NCBI GenBank assembly: GCA_049602055.1
Contig: JBMYRG010000019.1
Span: forward strand, 1,076-65,075
From: Alphaproteobacteria bacterium
Lineage (GTDB): Bacteria; Pseudomonadota; Alphaproteobacteria; MPNO01; UBA2964
Direction of reading: 5' to 3'
DNA length: 64,000 bases
Position numbers and translations under genes: made by a program. Each line of letters opens with the position of its first letter. The stretch's first letter is position 1. The notes beneath the pieces are model-generated. The model had not been told where the DNA came from and did no database searches. It was given only the letters and a program-made list of their open reading frames with translations. Positions 10,099 through 20,618 of the stretch are shown here, in pieces.

Positions 10099-10145
10099 GG
10101 TTAACACTCACCAACTATGGTTAACGCCAAAATGGAGAGTGTTCG

Positions 10146-11826
10146 ATGAAAGCATCCGATTTATTTGTAAAATGCCTTGAAGCAGAAGGCGTTGAACGCA
10201 TCTTTGGCGTTCCTGGCGAGGAAAACGCCGATCTCATGATTTCGCTGCTAGACAGCAAAATAGAGTTTGTGCTGTGTCGACACGAACAGGCGGCTACCTT
10301 TATGGCGGATACCTGCTGCCTTTATGGCGGATACCTATGGTCGGCTGACGGGTAAAGCAGGCGTGTGTCTCGCGACATTGGGGCCGGGGGCGACCAACCT
10401 CGTTACCGGGTTGGCGGGTGCGAACATGGACCGTTCGCCAGTTGTCGCGATCATCGGACAGGGCTCGACGCGACGTCTCCATGAGGAAAGCCATCAGAAT
10501 ATGGATGCGATTGGCATGATGAAGCCAATCAGCAAATGGGCCCACAGTGTCTACACGGCACAATCCATTCCCGAAATTGTCCGCAAGGGTTTCAAGATTG
10601 CCGAAGCCGAAAAACCCGGCGTTTCCGTTATCGAATGGCCGGAAGACATTGCCAAGCAGTATACCGATGAGACGCCGATGGTTGTCTCGGCGACACGTCG
10701 TCCCGCCGCCGATCATAAGGCTGTGGCGCGTGAGGTTGATCTGATCACCAATGCCAAGTCGCCGGTCATTCTGGCCGGTAACGGGTCAGTGCGGAAACGG
10801 GCCGCAACACAGTTGCGACGCCTGGCGCGCAAAACCGGCATCCCGGTTGTGAATACCTTTATGGGTAAGGGCGCCGTCCCGATGGATGATCCGCATACCC
10901 TGTTCACCTTGGGGCTGCAGGGACGGGACCACGTCATCAAGGCGTTTGCTGATTCCGATGTCGTGATCACAGTTGGCTATGACCTCGTCGAATATTCGCC
11001 GGAATTCTGGAACGTTGGACGCAATCATAAAATTGTTCATGTTGATTTTGAACCAGCGGAGATTGACCAGTTCTATCCGGTTGAGGTGGATGTGGTGTCT
11101 GATCTGGCCGACGGGTTGTGGCAGATCAATGAAGAGATTAACCGCCGTCATGGTGAAATCTTGCCGCTGTTTGATATTGGAAAATGGGCGCCGCTGCGCC
11201 AGACGATTGTCGAAGACTTGGCCGCCGAGAAGGATGATGACTCTTTCCCGATGAAACCACAGCGTATAATCAACGATGTGCGGGCGTTCATGGGAGACGA
11301 CGATATTCTGCTCTCGGATGTGGGTGCCCATAAGATGTGGATTGCCCGCTACTATCAGTGCCAGGAAGCCAATACCTGTCTGATTTCCAACGGGTTCTGC
11401 ACCATTGGATTTGCCATGCCAGGCGCTCTCGGAGCCAAGATGGCATTTCCGGATCGCAAGGTGATGTCGATTAGCGGCGATGCCGGGTTTCTGATGAATG
11501 TCCAGGATCTCGAAACCGCTGCCCGGCTTGGTCTCAACACCGTGAATATGGTGTGGCTAGACGGCGAGTACGGGCTGATCAAGTGGAAGCAGCAAAACCA
11601 TTTTGACGGCAAGCACTCCGATCTGCAATTTAACAATCCCGATTTTGAGCTTCTCGCCCAGGCCTTTGGTATCTGGGGCAGGGTGCTCGACGGACCAGGC
11701 CAGGTGAAGGGCGCGTTGGAAGACGCATTTGCTCAGGATACGCCCGCTCTTATCGCGGTACCGGTTGATTATTCGGAAAACCAAAAACACACCAAACGTC
11801 TCGGTGACATCGACGTCTCGATTTAA
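10146..11826 (+). pseudogene. Acetolactate synthase large subunit-like ThDP enzyme, frameshifted
   Basis: IFGVPGEEN..RHEQAA N-terminus; GDAGF ThDP motif; 22-bp tandem duplication at 10293-10336 shifts the frame. Confidence 0.85.
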
Positions 11827-11899
11827 TTTTCGAATGGATTACTTTAGGGCGACGCGAAAATTTCGGTGTTGAAATTGTCTCGCCAATCGAGGTCACCGC

Positions 11900-12130
11900 T
11901 CACGGGCGGTCGCTATCATCTTTGTCTTGAGCCGGGGATTTATCCCGCGAGAAAAAATTCTTGAGCTTGTACCAGTACATTTTGATGACAACCAATGCAC
12001 CGGCGATACTTGCTATCAATAGTTGAAGTATCATACTGCCGGTGCCTGGATCCAGATAGGCCCAGGCGGGAGACGAACTCCCGAGGTAAACACTTTAACT
12101 AAAAGCAAATAAAAATAAAAAATAGGGCAT
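11900..12130 (-). pseudogene. Small 'AYLDPGTGS' membrane protein with an early stop (absent from ORF track)
   Basis: Manual translation MPYFLFLFAFS*SVYLGSSSPAWAYLDPGTGSMILQLLIASIAGALVVIKMYWYKLKNFFSRDKSPAQDKDDSDRP*; TAA at 12097-12095. Confidence 0.7.
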
Positions 12131-12459
12131 AAATATTCGCCGAGAATGATTCTGTGCCAATGCTCAACTGGTTTTTCTAAAGGAGTCAGATGGTAACAGC
12201 AAGACGCGTTTGAAATCAGATGCGGCCAGTATAATAACACCGGTTTAATTCGGTATTAAGAGCGGGATAGGAGGTCGGAAGGGACCCTAAAGAGAAAATT
12301 AGGGCCGTAACCTTAATCGTTGTTTGCCTTAATGTCTTGGTCGGTGATGTCATTTTGTATCCAAATGGCCGACGAGCACCGATCCCGCTGTTGAACAGAT
12401 GCAGTCCGTGATACTATGCTATAGCTTACGGTTGAAATTTTTCCAAGGAGGGGCGTTCA

Positions 12460-12870
12460 TTGGAAACGGTTGGCATTACGATTAGCGATTTCCCTGAGTT
12501 CCTGGCTTATCTTGGGACCGCGTTTGGTCTCACGCTGGTATTCTCGGTTGTTTATATGTGGGTGACACCTCACGACGAAATCAAACTTATCCGCGACAAT
12601 AATCTGGCGGCGTCCTGTGCGCTGGTCGGTAGCCTGATCGGGTTTTCGCTGCCTCTCGTAAGCGCCATCGCGCATTCTGTTGCCTTGCTGGATTGTCTTG
12701 TCTGGGGTGGGGTTGCCCTGGTTGTGCAAATACTCGTGTTCTATCTGGTCCGTTTGCCGGTGCCGCAGATTTCGGAACGGATTGAAAAGGGTGAGATCGC
12801 CAGCGGTATCTGGCTCGGTGGTGCCTCATTGACAGGTGGGTTGCTTAATGCAGCCTGCATGACCAGTTAA
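12460..12870 (+). CDS. yjfL: DUF350 membrane protein (YjfL-like)
   Basis: VTPHDEIKLIRDNNLAA, LNAACMT; synteny with ygiB/ygiC. Confidence 0.85.
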   Translation: METVGITISDFPEFLAYLGTAFGLTLVFSVVYMWVTPHDEIKLIRDNNLAASCALVGSLIGFSLPLVSAIAHSVALLDCLVWGGVALVVQILVFYLVRLPVPQISERIEKGEIASGIWLGGASLTGGLLNAACMTS

Positions 12871-12896
12871 TAGCTATTGGATTGGGAGAACAGATT

Positions 12897-13442
12897 ATGA
12901 AGCGCCTGAGAAATTCAGCTTCGGTTATTGCTATAGTCGTGGCAAGCGCGATGTTCACCACGGCTTGCGAAGAGCCAAAGGTAGAAGCGGCGATTTATGA
13001 AACGCTGCAGCAATGTCTCAAGGACATCAATATGGTTCGTTCGGAATGCGAAAAGAACTATAACGCGGCACGCCAGCAGCACGCATCTGTAGCCCCGAAA
13101 TTTGCTTCCAAACAGGAATGTGAAACCGAGTTTGGGGCGGCGCGATGTGAGCAGGCACCGCAGCGGTCTGAAACTGGTGGCTCGATGTTTATGCCGCTGA
13201 TGATGGGCTACATGATGGGCTCTGTCCTTGGCGGACGCGGTTTTGGTAATTCGCAACCGCTCTACCGGACCCGGACGGACCCAGGCACTTATCGTACCGC
13301 CGACAATAAGAGTGCGGGGCGCTCTACCGGACGGACCCAGGTTGCCAAGTCCGCAACATCACGTCCCACGTCAAAATCCTCGACTCGTTCCCGCGGTGGT
13401 TTCGGGTCTTCCGGTCGGCGTTTTGGTTCAGCGGCAACCTGA
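12897..13442 (+). CDS. ygiB: DUF1190 lipoprotein (YgiB-like)
   Basis: Lipobox TTAC, APKF..KQECETEFG, MPLMMGYMMG, SRGGFGSS. Confidence 0.85.
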   Translation: MKRLRNSASVIAIVVASAMFTTACEEPKVEAAIYETLQQCLKDINMVRSECEKNYNAARQQHASVAPKFASKQECETEFGAARCEQAPQRSETGGSMFMPLMMGYMMGSVLGGRGFGNSQPLYRTRTDPGTYRTADNKSAGRSTGRTQVAKSATSRPTSKSSTRSRGGFGSSGRRFGSAAT

Positions 13443-13472
13443 AGAATTTCAGCCTAACCGAGTACAAGTCCT

Positions 13473-14633
13473 ATGAAGCGTATTCCCGTCAAAGAGCGGT
13501 CGGGCTTGGCGGAAGCCGCTGCCCGCCATGAATTTGAGTACCAGGCTGGGCGAGGTGTGCCGTTTTGGGACGAGACGGCGTTTTATCAATTTACCACACA
13601 GCAAATTGACGAGGATATCGCCGCGCCAGCGGAAGAGATTGAAAATCTTTGCTTCGAAGTCATCGCCCGTGCGATGGAGGATGAAAGTGTTTTGCTGCGG
13701 CTTGGTGTCGCCAGACCGCACTGGGATATCATCGCTGACAGTTGGCAGAATAAAGAGCGCAATCTGTATGGCCGTATGGATTTTTCCTATGACGGCACAG
13801 GTCCCGCCAAACTCCTTGAATATAACGCCGACACACCGACGACGCTTTATGAATCCGCCGTGTTCCAGTGGGAATGGCTGGAGGAAGCCGACAAGGAAGG
13901 GTTGTTGCCCGATCGCTGTGATCAGTTCAACGAGGTTCACGAAAAGATTGTCGAGGCGTTTCCCCATCTCGGGATAGACAGCATTCTTCATCTCGCGAGC
14001 AATCAGGATGTCGAAGATGACAAGGGCACGCTGGAATATATCGCTGAATGCGCTCAGGAGGCGGGTCTTCTGACAAATGTCCTGGCGATGGAGGATATTG
14101 GCATCAGCGAAGACGGACAGTTCACCGATCTAGATGACAAACCGATATCAACCTTGTTTAAGCTCTATCCCTGGGAGTGGATTTTTGCGGAGGAGTTTAG
14201 CAGCCATATTTCTGCCAGCGGCGCCCGGTTTATCGAACCTGCCTGGCGGTCAATCCTGTCGAATAAAGGATTGCTGCCGATCCTGTGGGAAATGTTTGAG
14301 GGGCACCCGAATTTGCTGCCAGCATTTTTTGAGGATGATCCAGCGGCAGATGCGCTTGGCGAAACCTATGTTCGTAAACCTTTGCTGGGTCGGCAGGGCG
14401 CCAATGTCGAAATCTATCGTGATGGCGAATTAGAAACCTCGCGTGAGGGACCTTATGGCGAGCAAGCCCATATCCTTCAGGAGTTCCATCCACTGCCTGA
14501 ATTTGATGGTGGCTATCCGCTGATTGGCTGTTGGTTAATTGCCAGCAAGGCTGTTGGCATGGGGATACGCGAAGACCGGACTCTCATAACCGGCACCGAA
14601 GCCAACTTTGTTCCCCACATCATTGTGGAGTGA
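13473..14633 (+). CDS. ygiC: Glutathionylspermidine synthase-family ATP-grasp protein (YgiC-like)
   Basis: LYGRMDF, KLLEYNADTPT, FKLYPWEW, EPAW..ILSNKG. Confidence 0.9.
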   Translation: MKRIPVKERSGLAEAAARHEFEYQAGRGVPFWDETAFYQFTTQQIDEDIAAPAEEIENLCFEVIARAMEDESVLLRLGVARPHWDIIADSWQNKERNLYGRMDFSYDGTGPAKLLEYNADTPTTLYESAVFQWEWLEEADKEGLLPDRCDQFNEVHEKIVEAFPHLGIDSILHLASNQDVEDDKGTLEYIAECAQEAGLLTNVLAMEDIGISEDGQFTDLDDKPISTLFKLYPWEWIFAEEFSSHISASGARFIEPAWRSILSNKGLLPILWEMFEGHPNLLPAFFEDDPAADALGETYVRKPLLGRQGANVEIYRDGELETSREGPYGEQAHILQEFHPLPEFDGGYPLIGCWLIASKAVGMGIREDRTLITGTEANFVPHIIVE

Positions 14634-15870
14634 CGGCTTCCGGACGGTCGCCCCAAACTTCTCCCCACGATTCGGCCAGACAGGCTGCGAAGCGTGCGTG
14701 ACTATAGTTATTCTCGACAAAAATTCGGGCATTAGCTCCGAATTGATCACGTGTCGCGCGATCCTCGATGAGCGCTGTAACAGCGTCCGCCATTTCTGAC
14801 GCGTCAAACCCGATCAGACGGCCGGTTTCATTGTCGATGACATAATCTTCCGGGCCGCCGCAGCGGGTGGAAATCACCGGCACGCCCGAGGCCATGGCCT
14901 GTAGCCCGGCGATGTTCAGACCTTCCTGAAAGGAGGGGATCATGAAGACATCCAGACCTTGATAAAAAGCCGGTAGATCTCTCTGTTCGAGCCAACCGGT
15001 CCAGGTGATGTGATCGCTTAATCCCTGCCGCATTATTTCGTCCTGCAATTGAGGGGACGGATCGCCCGTAAGTTTTAAAGAGATATCTTTCCCTTGGTCG
15101 CGTAACAATTTTAGTGCTTCGAACAGGAGCGGCAGATTTTTTCGGTCGTCCTCAGGGCGTCCGGCAAATCCGATGACTCCCGTGGGCACCGAGGTTGTTG
15201 GCGGTTGAAACCGTTCGAGGTCAATCGGGATCGGCGTAACCGATACTCTGTCGTTCTTTCCGCCGGCGGCGACCAGTGTACGACGCGTGTAGTTACTGAC
15301 ACCCATGAAGTGACCACTCCCGTTCAGGACAGTTTTCTCCATCACCCGCAAAACAGGCGACACAAGCAGGCAATCAAACAGATGACGTGGTAGTTTCATC
15401 GCGCGGCGGCGGTCGATGCGATCCTCAATCATGGTGCTGGCGCACCAGACCAGATGGGGCAGCTGCATTTTGGCAATGGTGTGGGCTGTCAAAACGGTAC
15501 CGGTGATGACGATGTGCCGGTCGAATTTTTCAATCAAAGTGCGCCACTGCGGCGTGGACCGATAGTAGGTGAATTCCAGTTCAGGGAACCGGCAGCCAAC
15601 TGACACGCACGGGAAATCAACAAAGCAGGTTCCTTCGCGCAGTCCCGGAAGCCTTCCGGAAAAGCTCTGCCAGCTCGGAACAACCAGATCAGCGTAATCA
15701 CTCAGAGTCGCGTAATGCGCCACCGTCACCTCATGCCCCAAATCGCGAAGATGATTAACGAGTATGCGCGCCTTGTCGGGTACACCGCCGGTAAGCGGCG
15801 GGATCGTTATGATGAGGATTGATTGAGCGGTCATCATCGTACTCGTGGTTCTGCCGTCAGAGGATAGCAA
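14620..15870 (-). CDS. Glycosyltransferase family 4
   Basis: PSFQEGLNIAGLQAMASGVPVISTRCGGPED motif; start probably at ~15837. Confidence 0.85.
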   Translation of the reverse strand: MLSSDGRTTSTMMTAQSILIITIPPLTGGVPDKARILVNHLRDLGHEVTVAHYATLSDYADLVVPSWQSFSGRLPGLREGTCFVDFPCVSVGCRFPELEFTYYRSTPQWRTLIEKFDRHIVITGTVLTAHTIAKMQLPHLVWCASTMIEDRIDRRRAMKLPRHLFDCLLVSPVLRVMEKTVLNGSGHFMGVSNYTRRTLVAAGGKNDRVSVTPIPIDLERFQPPTTSVPTGVIGFAGRPEDDRKNLPLLFEALKLLRDQGKDISLKLTGDPSPQLQDEIMRQGLSDHITWTGWLEQRDLPAFYQGLDVFMIPSFQEGLNIAGLQAMASGVPVISTRCGGPEDYVIDNETGRLIGFDASEMADAVTALIEDRATRDQFGANARIFVENNYSHARFAACLAESWGEVWGDRPEAVTPQ

Positions 15871-15931
15871 ATAAGTTTCTGTCCTTCAGGGCGTAAGCAA
15901 AGCCGCATTCGTCGTCAAGCGTGGGGCACCC

Positions 15932-17053
15932 TTGTGCCCTATTCAGAAGGCCAATCACGGGCTAGCATTTCATATGAACGAGATTTCACGCAAAGAGCGA
16001 GGGAGTTTAGTCACAATCGACCGGCATGTCGATCATCTCTCGACGGTCCCCGCGATCGCTGGTGAGACGGTAAAGCTGTTCGTTCGGGAAAAACTGCAAG
16101 CCGGAGCCGAAAACGCACCGGTCGTTCTGATGGTGCATGGCGGTTACTGGCCCGGCACCATGGCTTTCGATTTTGACTGTAAGGATTACAGCTGGATGTC
16201 GGCACTGGCCCGGGCTGGCTTTGATGTCTTTGCGATGGACATGACCGGCTATGGCTTTTCGTCGCGCCCGTTGATGGATGATCCGTGCAATCTATCCGAA
16301 TCCGACCAGGCGGAAATTTTACCGACCGCTCAACCTTCTGCGCATCCTTACAACCTTGTGACCAGCGATTCCGAAACCGACGATATCAACTGCATTGTCG
16401 AATTCATTTGCAATCTGCGCAGCGTAAATCGGGTGAACCTGATTGGCTGGTCGGGGGGTGGTATTCGGACGGGAACTTATACCGTGCGTCATCCAGAAAA
16501 AGTCGAACGGCTGGTGATCTTTGCGTCGTCGAATTTTGTTATAGATGCTCCAAGCGAACCACCCACAGAAATTCCCGGGCCCGGCGTCGCCATGAGTATC
16601 CAGACCCGTGCCGTGGGAGAGGGGGAACGCTGGCTACCCAATGTGCGATGCGAGGGACAGCTTGAAGATGGGCTCATCGATTTGATCTGGCCGGCCAGCA
16701 TGGCGACGGATGAGGTTGGTGCTGGTTGGGGTCCCGGATGTCTGCGTGCTCCGGGAAGAACCTACTGGGGCTGGAATGCCGCGAATGCTTCAACCATCCA
16801 GATACCGACACTGGTGATGGTTGGAGAATATGACCGGCTGCATGAGTCCAATGTTGAACTATTCACGGCGCTCGGGGCTGAGGATAAAGCTTTTCTCGGT
16901 ATAGATTGCGCCTCGCATTTCATGGCCTGGGAAATGCAGCGTCATGTACTGCACCGTGCCTCAACCGAATGGCTGACGTCGGGTACGTTGAACGGCGGTC
17001 GCAAGGGGATCTATGGGGCCGACAAAACAGGAACGGTTTGCGCGCAAAATTAG
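15932..17053 (+). CDS. Alpha/beta hydrolase
   Basis: VHGG oxyanion motif, GWSGG nucleophile, GEYD, ASH; start uncertain. Confidence 0.85.
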   Translation: MCPIQKANHGLAFHMNEISRKERGSLVTIDRHVDHLSTVPAIAGETVKLFVREKLQAGAENAPVVLMVHGGYWPGTMAFDFDCKDYSWMSALARAGFDVFAMDMTGYGFSSRPLMDDPCNLSESDQAEILPTAQPSAHPYNLVTSDSETDDINCIVEFICNLRSVNRVNLIGWSGGGIRTGTYTVRHPEKVERLVIFASSNFVIDAPSEPPTEIPGPGVAMSIQTRAVGEGERWLPNVRCEGQLEDGLIDLIWPASMATDEVGAGWGPGCLRAPGRTYWGWNAANASTIQIPTLVMVGEYDRLHESNVELFTALGAEDKAFLGIDCASHFMAWEMQRHVLHRASTEWLTSGTLNGGRKGIYGADKTGTVCAQN

Positions 17054-17068
17054 CGGGTCATCGAGATT

Positions 17069-17139
17069 GTCATGCCGCACTTGATGCGGCATCCATCGCC
17101 GCGGTCGTTGAAATGGCCCCCGGATCAAGTCCGGGGTGA
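17069..17139. repeat. Alphaproteobacterial palindromic REP/RPE-like repeat, copy 2
   Basis: GTCATGCCGCACTTGATGCGGCATCC...CCCCGGATCAAGTCCGGGGTGA. Confidence 0.8.
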
Positions 17140-17215
17140 AGTATTCTATTTCGTGGAGGATGACTTTCAGTCCTGCAGGTTTGCCCAGCTGCGGCACGGG
17201 TGCTAAACCATCGCC

Positions 17216-18787
17216 ATGTCTGATACCGCCACCCAACCCGCTAAATCATTTCATCGGGTCGTTGTCGAAAATGCCGCACAATGGCCGGAGCGAACTTACG
17301 TTCACTGCATTGATCAGGATAAATCGCTGAGCTATGGCGCGCTGTATGACGTGTCCAATCGCATCGCCCGGTTTCTGAAATCACGTGACATTAAGGCCAA
17401 TGAGAGGGTGCTGCTGCTGGCGGAAAATTCGGTTGAGAACCTGGCCGTATTTGTCAGCGTGCTGCGTTATGGCGCGACACTGGCGACCGTGCAGGTTGAG
17501 ATGAATAAGGCCAACCTGTCAGAAATCATCGCCGCCATTGCGCCGAAAATCGTGCTCTATCAGGAAGGGCTCGGGCTCGAAGAGCTGGAAGAAGGCGCGC
17601 CGGGGGAATGGTTTGCGCTCGGTGAATGGCAGGCGGACGACAAGGCAGCGACAGGCTGGTTTGCAGAGATTGCCAGTCTTTCAGGTGAAGATGATATCCA
17701 AACCATTGCTGGACCGGATGATCATGCGGTGATCTTTTATACGTCGGGCACGGTGGCGAAGCCCAAGGGTGTGATCCAGACCCATTCAACGGCCTATTAT
17801 AATTATGACGCCACGGCGGATTATCTGCAGCTCGCGCCGGGTGACAAAACCTTTGATTGCCGGTCCTATAGCTGGTTGTCGGCCCAGCATATGAGCCTCG
17901 GTGCGCCGCTGGTGGCCGGGGCAACGACGGTTATGGCCAAGCATTTTTCGCAAAGCCGCTATCTCGGCTGGCTCAAGACCTATGAAGCTAATGTCGGCTT
18001 CGTAGTGCCGACGATTGTGAATATGCTGATTAACCGGCCGCAGGATATTCGCGGTGAGGATCTGCCGCATTTACGGTTTTTGACGTCGAGCTCCGCCCCT
18101 TTACTCGACGAACAATGGCGCAAGTTTGAAGAGATGTATGGCATCACGCTGGCGCAAAGCTGTGGCTCCAGCGAGGGTGGAAACACGGCAGCGCATCGAG
18201 GTGTAGATCGTAAAATCGGGACGATTGGCCCGGCCCAGAAATATCAGGATATCCGGATTGTCGATAATGAGGGCAACCGGTTGCCGCAGGGGGAGACCGG
18301 CGAAATTATAATCGGCGGCGGCAAACAGCAGGCCTTTGGCTATCTGATGCTGGATGGCTCTATCGAACGTTTGCCAGAAGATGGGCACCATTCGGGTGAC
18401 CTTGGTTACTTTGATGAGGACGGTCATCTGCATATCACCGGGCGGGTCAAAGAGCTGATCATCCGCGGTGGTATGAATATTGCTCCGTTAGAAATTGACT
18501 CGGTTTTGATTGAGCACCCCAATGTAACTGAGGCCGGCACCATAGGTGTGCCGCATCCGATTTATGGAGAAGAGGTGGTTTCCTATGTTTCCTGTGTGCC
18601 GGGCAGGGCCGTCTCTTTCCCGGATATTGCGGCGCATTGTGCCGCGCATTTACCCGAAGCCAAATGGCCGAAAGCAGTTTATATTCTTGAGGAATTACCT
18701 AAGAATCCGCGCGGCAAACTGGACCGAAGCGCGATCGCCACACATTATCAGGATCATTACGCCGATAGCGTCGAGTGGTCGTCCTGA
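17216..18787 (+). CDS. Class I adenylate-forming enzyme (acyl/aryl-CoA ligase)
   Basis: YTSGTVAKPKG, SGDLG, GRVKELIIRGG, PKNPRGKLDR. Confidence 0.9.
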   Translation: MSDTATQPAKSFHRVVVENAAQWPERTYVHCIDQDKSLSYGALYDVSNRIARFLKSRDIKANERVLLLAENSVENLAVFVSVLRYGATLATVQVEMNKANLSEIIAAIAPKIVLYQEGLGLEELEEGAPGEWFALGEWQADDKAATGWFAEIASLSGEDDIQTIAGPDDHAVIFYTSGTVAKPKGVIQTHSTAYYNYDATADYLQLAPGDKTFDCRSYSWLSAQHMSLGAPLVAGATTVMAKHFSQSRYLGWLKTYEANVGFVVPTIVNMLINRPQDIRGEDLPHLRFLTSSSAPLLDEQWRKFEEMYGITLAQSCGSSEGGNTAAHRGVDRKIGTIGPAQKYQDIRIVDNEGNRLPQGETGEIIIGGGKQQAFGYLMLDGSIERLPEDGHHSGDLGYFDEDGHLHITGRVKELIIRGGMNIAPLEIDSVLIEHPNVTEAGTIGVPHPIYGEEVVSYVSCVPGRAVSFPDIAAHCAAHLPEAKWPKAVYILEELPKNPRGKLDRSAIATHYQDHYADSVEWSS

Positions 18788-18802
18788 AAGCAAGGTAAGC
18801 CA

Positions 18803-19558
18803 ATGCCAGATACGCTCTCCAATAGTGAAGCGATCTCCATCGAACAGCACAAAATTGCGGTCTGTGCTTGCACGCGGATGTTCAATGATCTGAATATTCT
18901 TGATCATAGCGGCCATGTTTCTGTGCGCCTGCCGGACGGTAATCGTTTTCTGATGCAGGGCATTGAGGCGAGCCGGGCACAGTTGGTACCGGATGATCTC
19001 TTCACAGTCAGTCTGGATGGTGAGGTGTTAGACGGTCCTGGTGATACACGGCCCGCTGCTGAGTTTCATATCCACTCTGAAATCTATAAGGCCCGACCCG
19101 AAATCAATTCTGTACTGCATGCCCACACCAAGGTGCCGATCTTGTTTACCATCGCCGAAGGGGCCGAGTTGAAAATGGTGGTGAATCACGGCTATCGCTG
19201 GCGGAATGGCCTACCGGTTCATCGAGATACCGGCCATATCAATACGGCGACGCTCGGTGCTGATATGGTCGCGACGATGGGGGGTGCCAACGCGGTGTTG
19301 CTACGAGCCCACGGTATTGTGTTGGCCTCGGAAGACGTTAAATGTCTGCTGATCGATGGCATTCATTTTGATGAGAACGCGCAAGCATGCTTTGACGCGA
19401 GTCGTCTAGGTCCGCCGGTGGCGATGAGTGAAGAAGAATTGGATATCTTTGAAGGGCGATTCAGCCGCTCCAATCACGGTCGCAAGCTGTGGCATTATTA
19501 CTCGACGCGGGCGATTGAAAATGGTGTGCTACCGGACGAGTGGCGGGACGCAGTTTAG
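18803..19558 (+). CDS. Class II aldolase/adducin family protein
   Basis: SGHVSVR, EFHIHSEIYKARP, LHAH, LLRAHG. Confidence 0.9.
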   Translation: MPDTLSNSEAISIEQHKIAVCACTRMFNDLNILDHSGHVSVRLPDGNRFLMQGIEASRAQLVPDDLFTVSLDGEVLDGPGDTRPAAEFHIHSEIYKARPEINSVLHAHTKVPILFTIAEGAELKMVVNHGYRWRNGLPVHRDTGHINTATLGADMVATMGGANAVLLRAHGIVLASEDVKCLLIDGIHFDENAQACFDASRLGPPVAMSEEELDIFEGRFSRSNHGRKLWHYYSTRAIENGVLPDEWRDAV

Positions 19559-19590
19559 ATTAAGCCGGACTAGATGAACCTAGGTGTCTG

Positions 19591-20508
19591 ATGTCCGATA
19601 TTCCGATTATTGATTTTTCCAATTTCGAGAATGGTAGTGACAGCGAGCGCCGCAAGGTTGCTGCGGAACTCGATTGGGCAGCCTCAGAAGTCGGCTTTAT
19701 GTATGTCAAAAGCCTTGGAATCGACCCGCAAATCCTCGCTAAGGCCTTCGCTTCGAGTAAGGCGTTCTACACGCAGCCGCAGGAAATAAAGAACCTCTCT
19801 GACTATAATCAGGAAACTAATCACGGCTATCAGCCGTCGGGCCTCCAGCGCCTTGATCCGTCAGTGGCACCTGACCTCAAAGAAGCCTTCACCATGCGGG
19901 ATGTTCACAAGAATGCGGACAAGCCAGAAATGTGGCCGTCACCGGAATTTCTGGAAACCGCGAAGGTGACATTCGATGAGTTCCTGCGTGGCGCCAATAT
20001 CGTTATGGAAGCTTTCGCCATTGCCCTCGATCTGCCGATCGATTTTTTCCGCAATTGTCACAAGGGCGATAATACGGCGCTGCGCTATCTGCATTACCCG
20101 GTGATCACCGAGGAGCTCACAGAAGAACAGCTTGGCTGCGGCGCGCTTACCGATTTCGGCACCATTACCTTGCTGTTTCAGGATGATGTCGGTGGCTTGC
20201 AGGTGCAGGGGCGGGATGGGGTATGGCGCGACGCGATCTATATTCCCGATACCATTGTGGTTAACACGGCAGACCTCGTGGCAACCTGGACCAATGACCG
20301 ATATTGCTCAACGCCGCATCGCGTAAAGCCAATGATCAGCGATACAGATCGTTACTCAATCGCATTCTTTGTCGACCCTGATGTCGATACGCCGGTGAGC
20401 ACATTCCCGAGCTGCATCACGGAAGACAATCCGCAAAAATATCCCGATACGACGGCGGGGGCGTATGTCGCGCAACGGATCGCAGATAGCAATAAGATTA
20501 CGGGCTGA
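19591..20508 (+). CDS. Isopenicillin N synthase-family 2OG/Fe(II) oxygenase; first Fe-ligand His replaced by Leu
   Basis: IPIIDFS, LRYLHYP, GALTDFG (expected GAHTDFG), STPHRV, RYSIAFF. Confidence 0.8.
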   Translation: MSDIPIIDFSNFENGSDSERRKVAAELDWAASEVGFMYVKSLGIDPQILAKAFASSKAFYTQPQEIKNLSDYNQETNHGYQPSGLQRLDPSVAPDLKEAFTMRDVHKNADKPEMWPSPEFLETAKVTFDEFLRGANIVMEAFAIALDLPIDFFRNCHKGDNTALRYLHYPVITEELTEEQLGCGALTDFGTITLLFQDDVGGLQVQGRDGVWRDAIYIPDTIVVNTADLVATWTNDRYCSTPHRVKPMISDTDRYSIAFFVDPDVDTPVSTFPSCITEDNPQKYPDTTAGAYVAQRIADSNKITG

Positions 20509-20618
20509 GATTTTCTCGTATTTCCGCCGTTTAGGCGGTTGATTGTCTCGAATGAGAATGTCAGTCTGCGCCGCAATGCATGAAAGATTCATGCCAGTTT
20601 CGAAAGGGAGAAATTTCG

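Noticed and set aside
10099-10127. GGTTAAC pair upstream of the ALS-like gene as a CtrA site
   Set aside because: Spacing far exceeds the N7 consensus
12031-12240. 69-aa minus-strand ORF from the track
   Set aside because: Wrong frame; the recognisable YLDPG peptide lies in another frame (11900-12130)
8278-17139. The repeats as a CRISPR array or IS ends
   Set aside because: Only two dispersed copies, no spacers, and no cas or transposase genes
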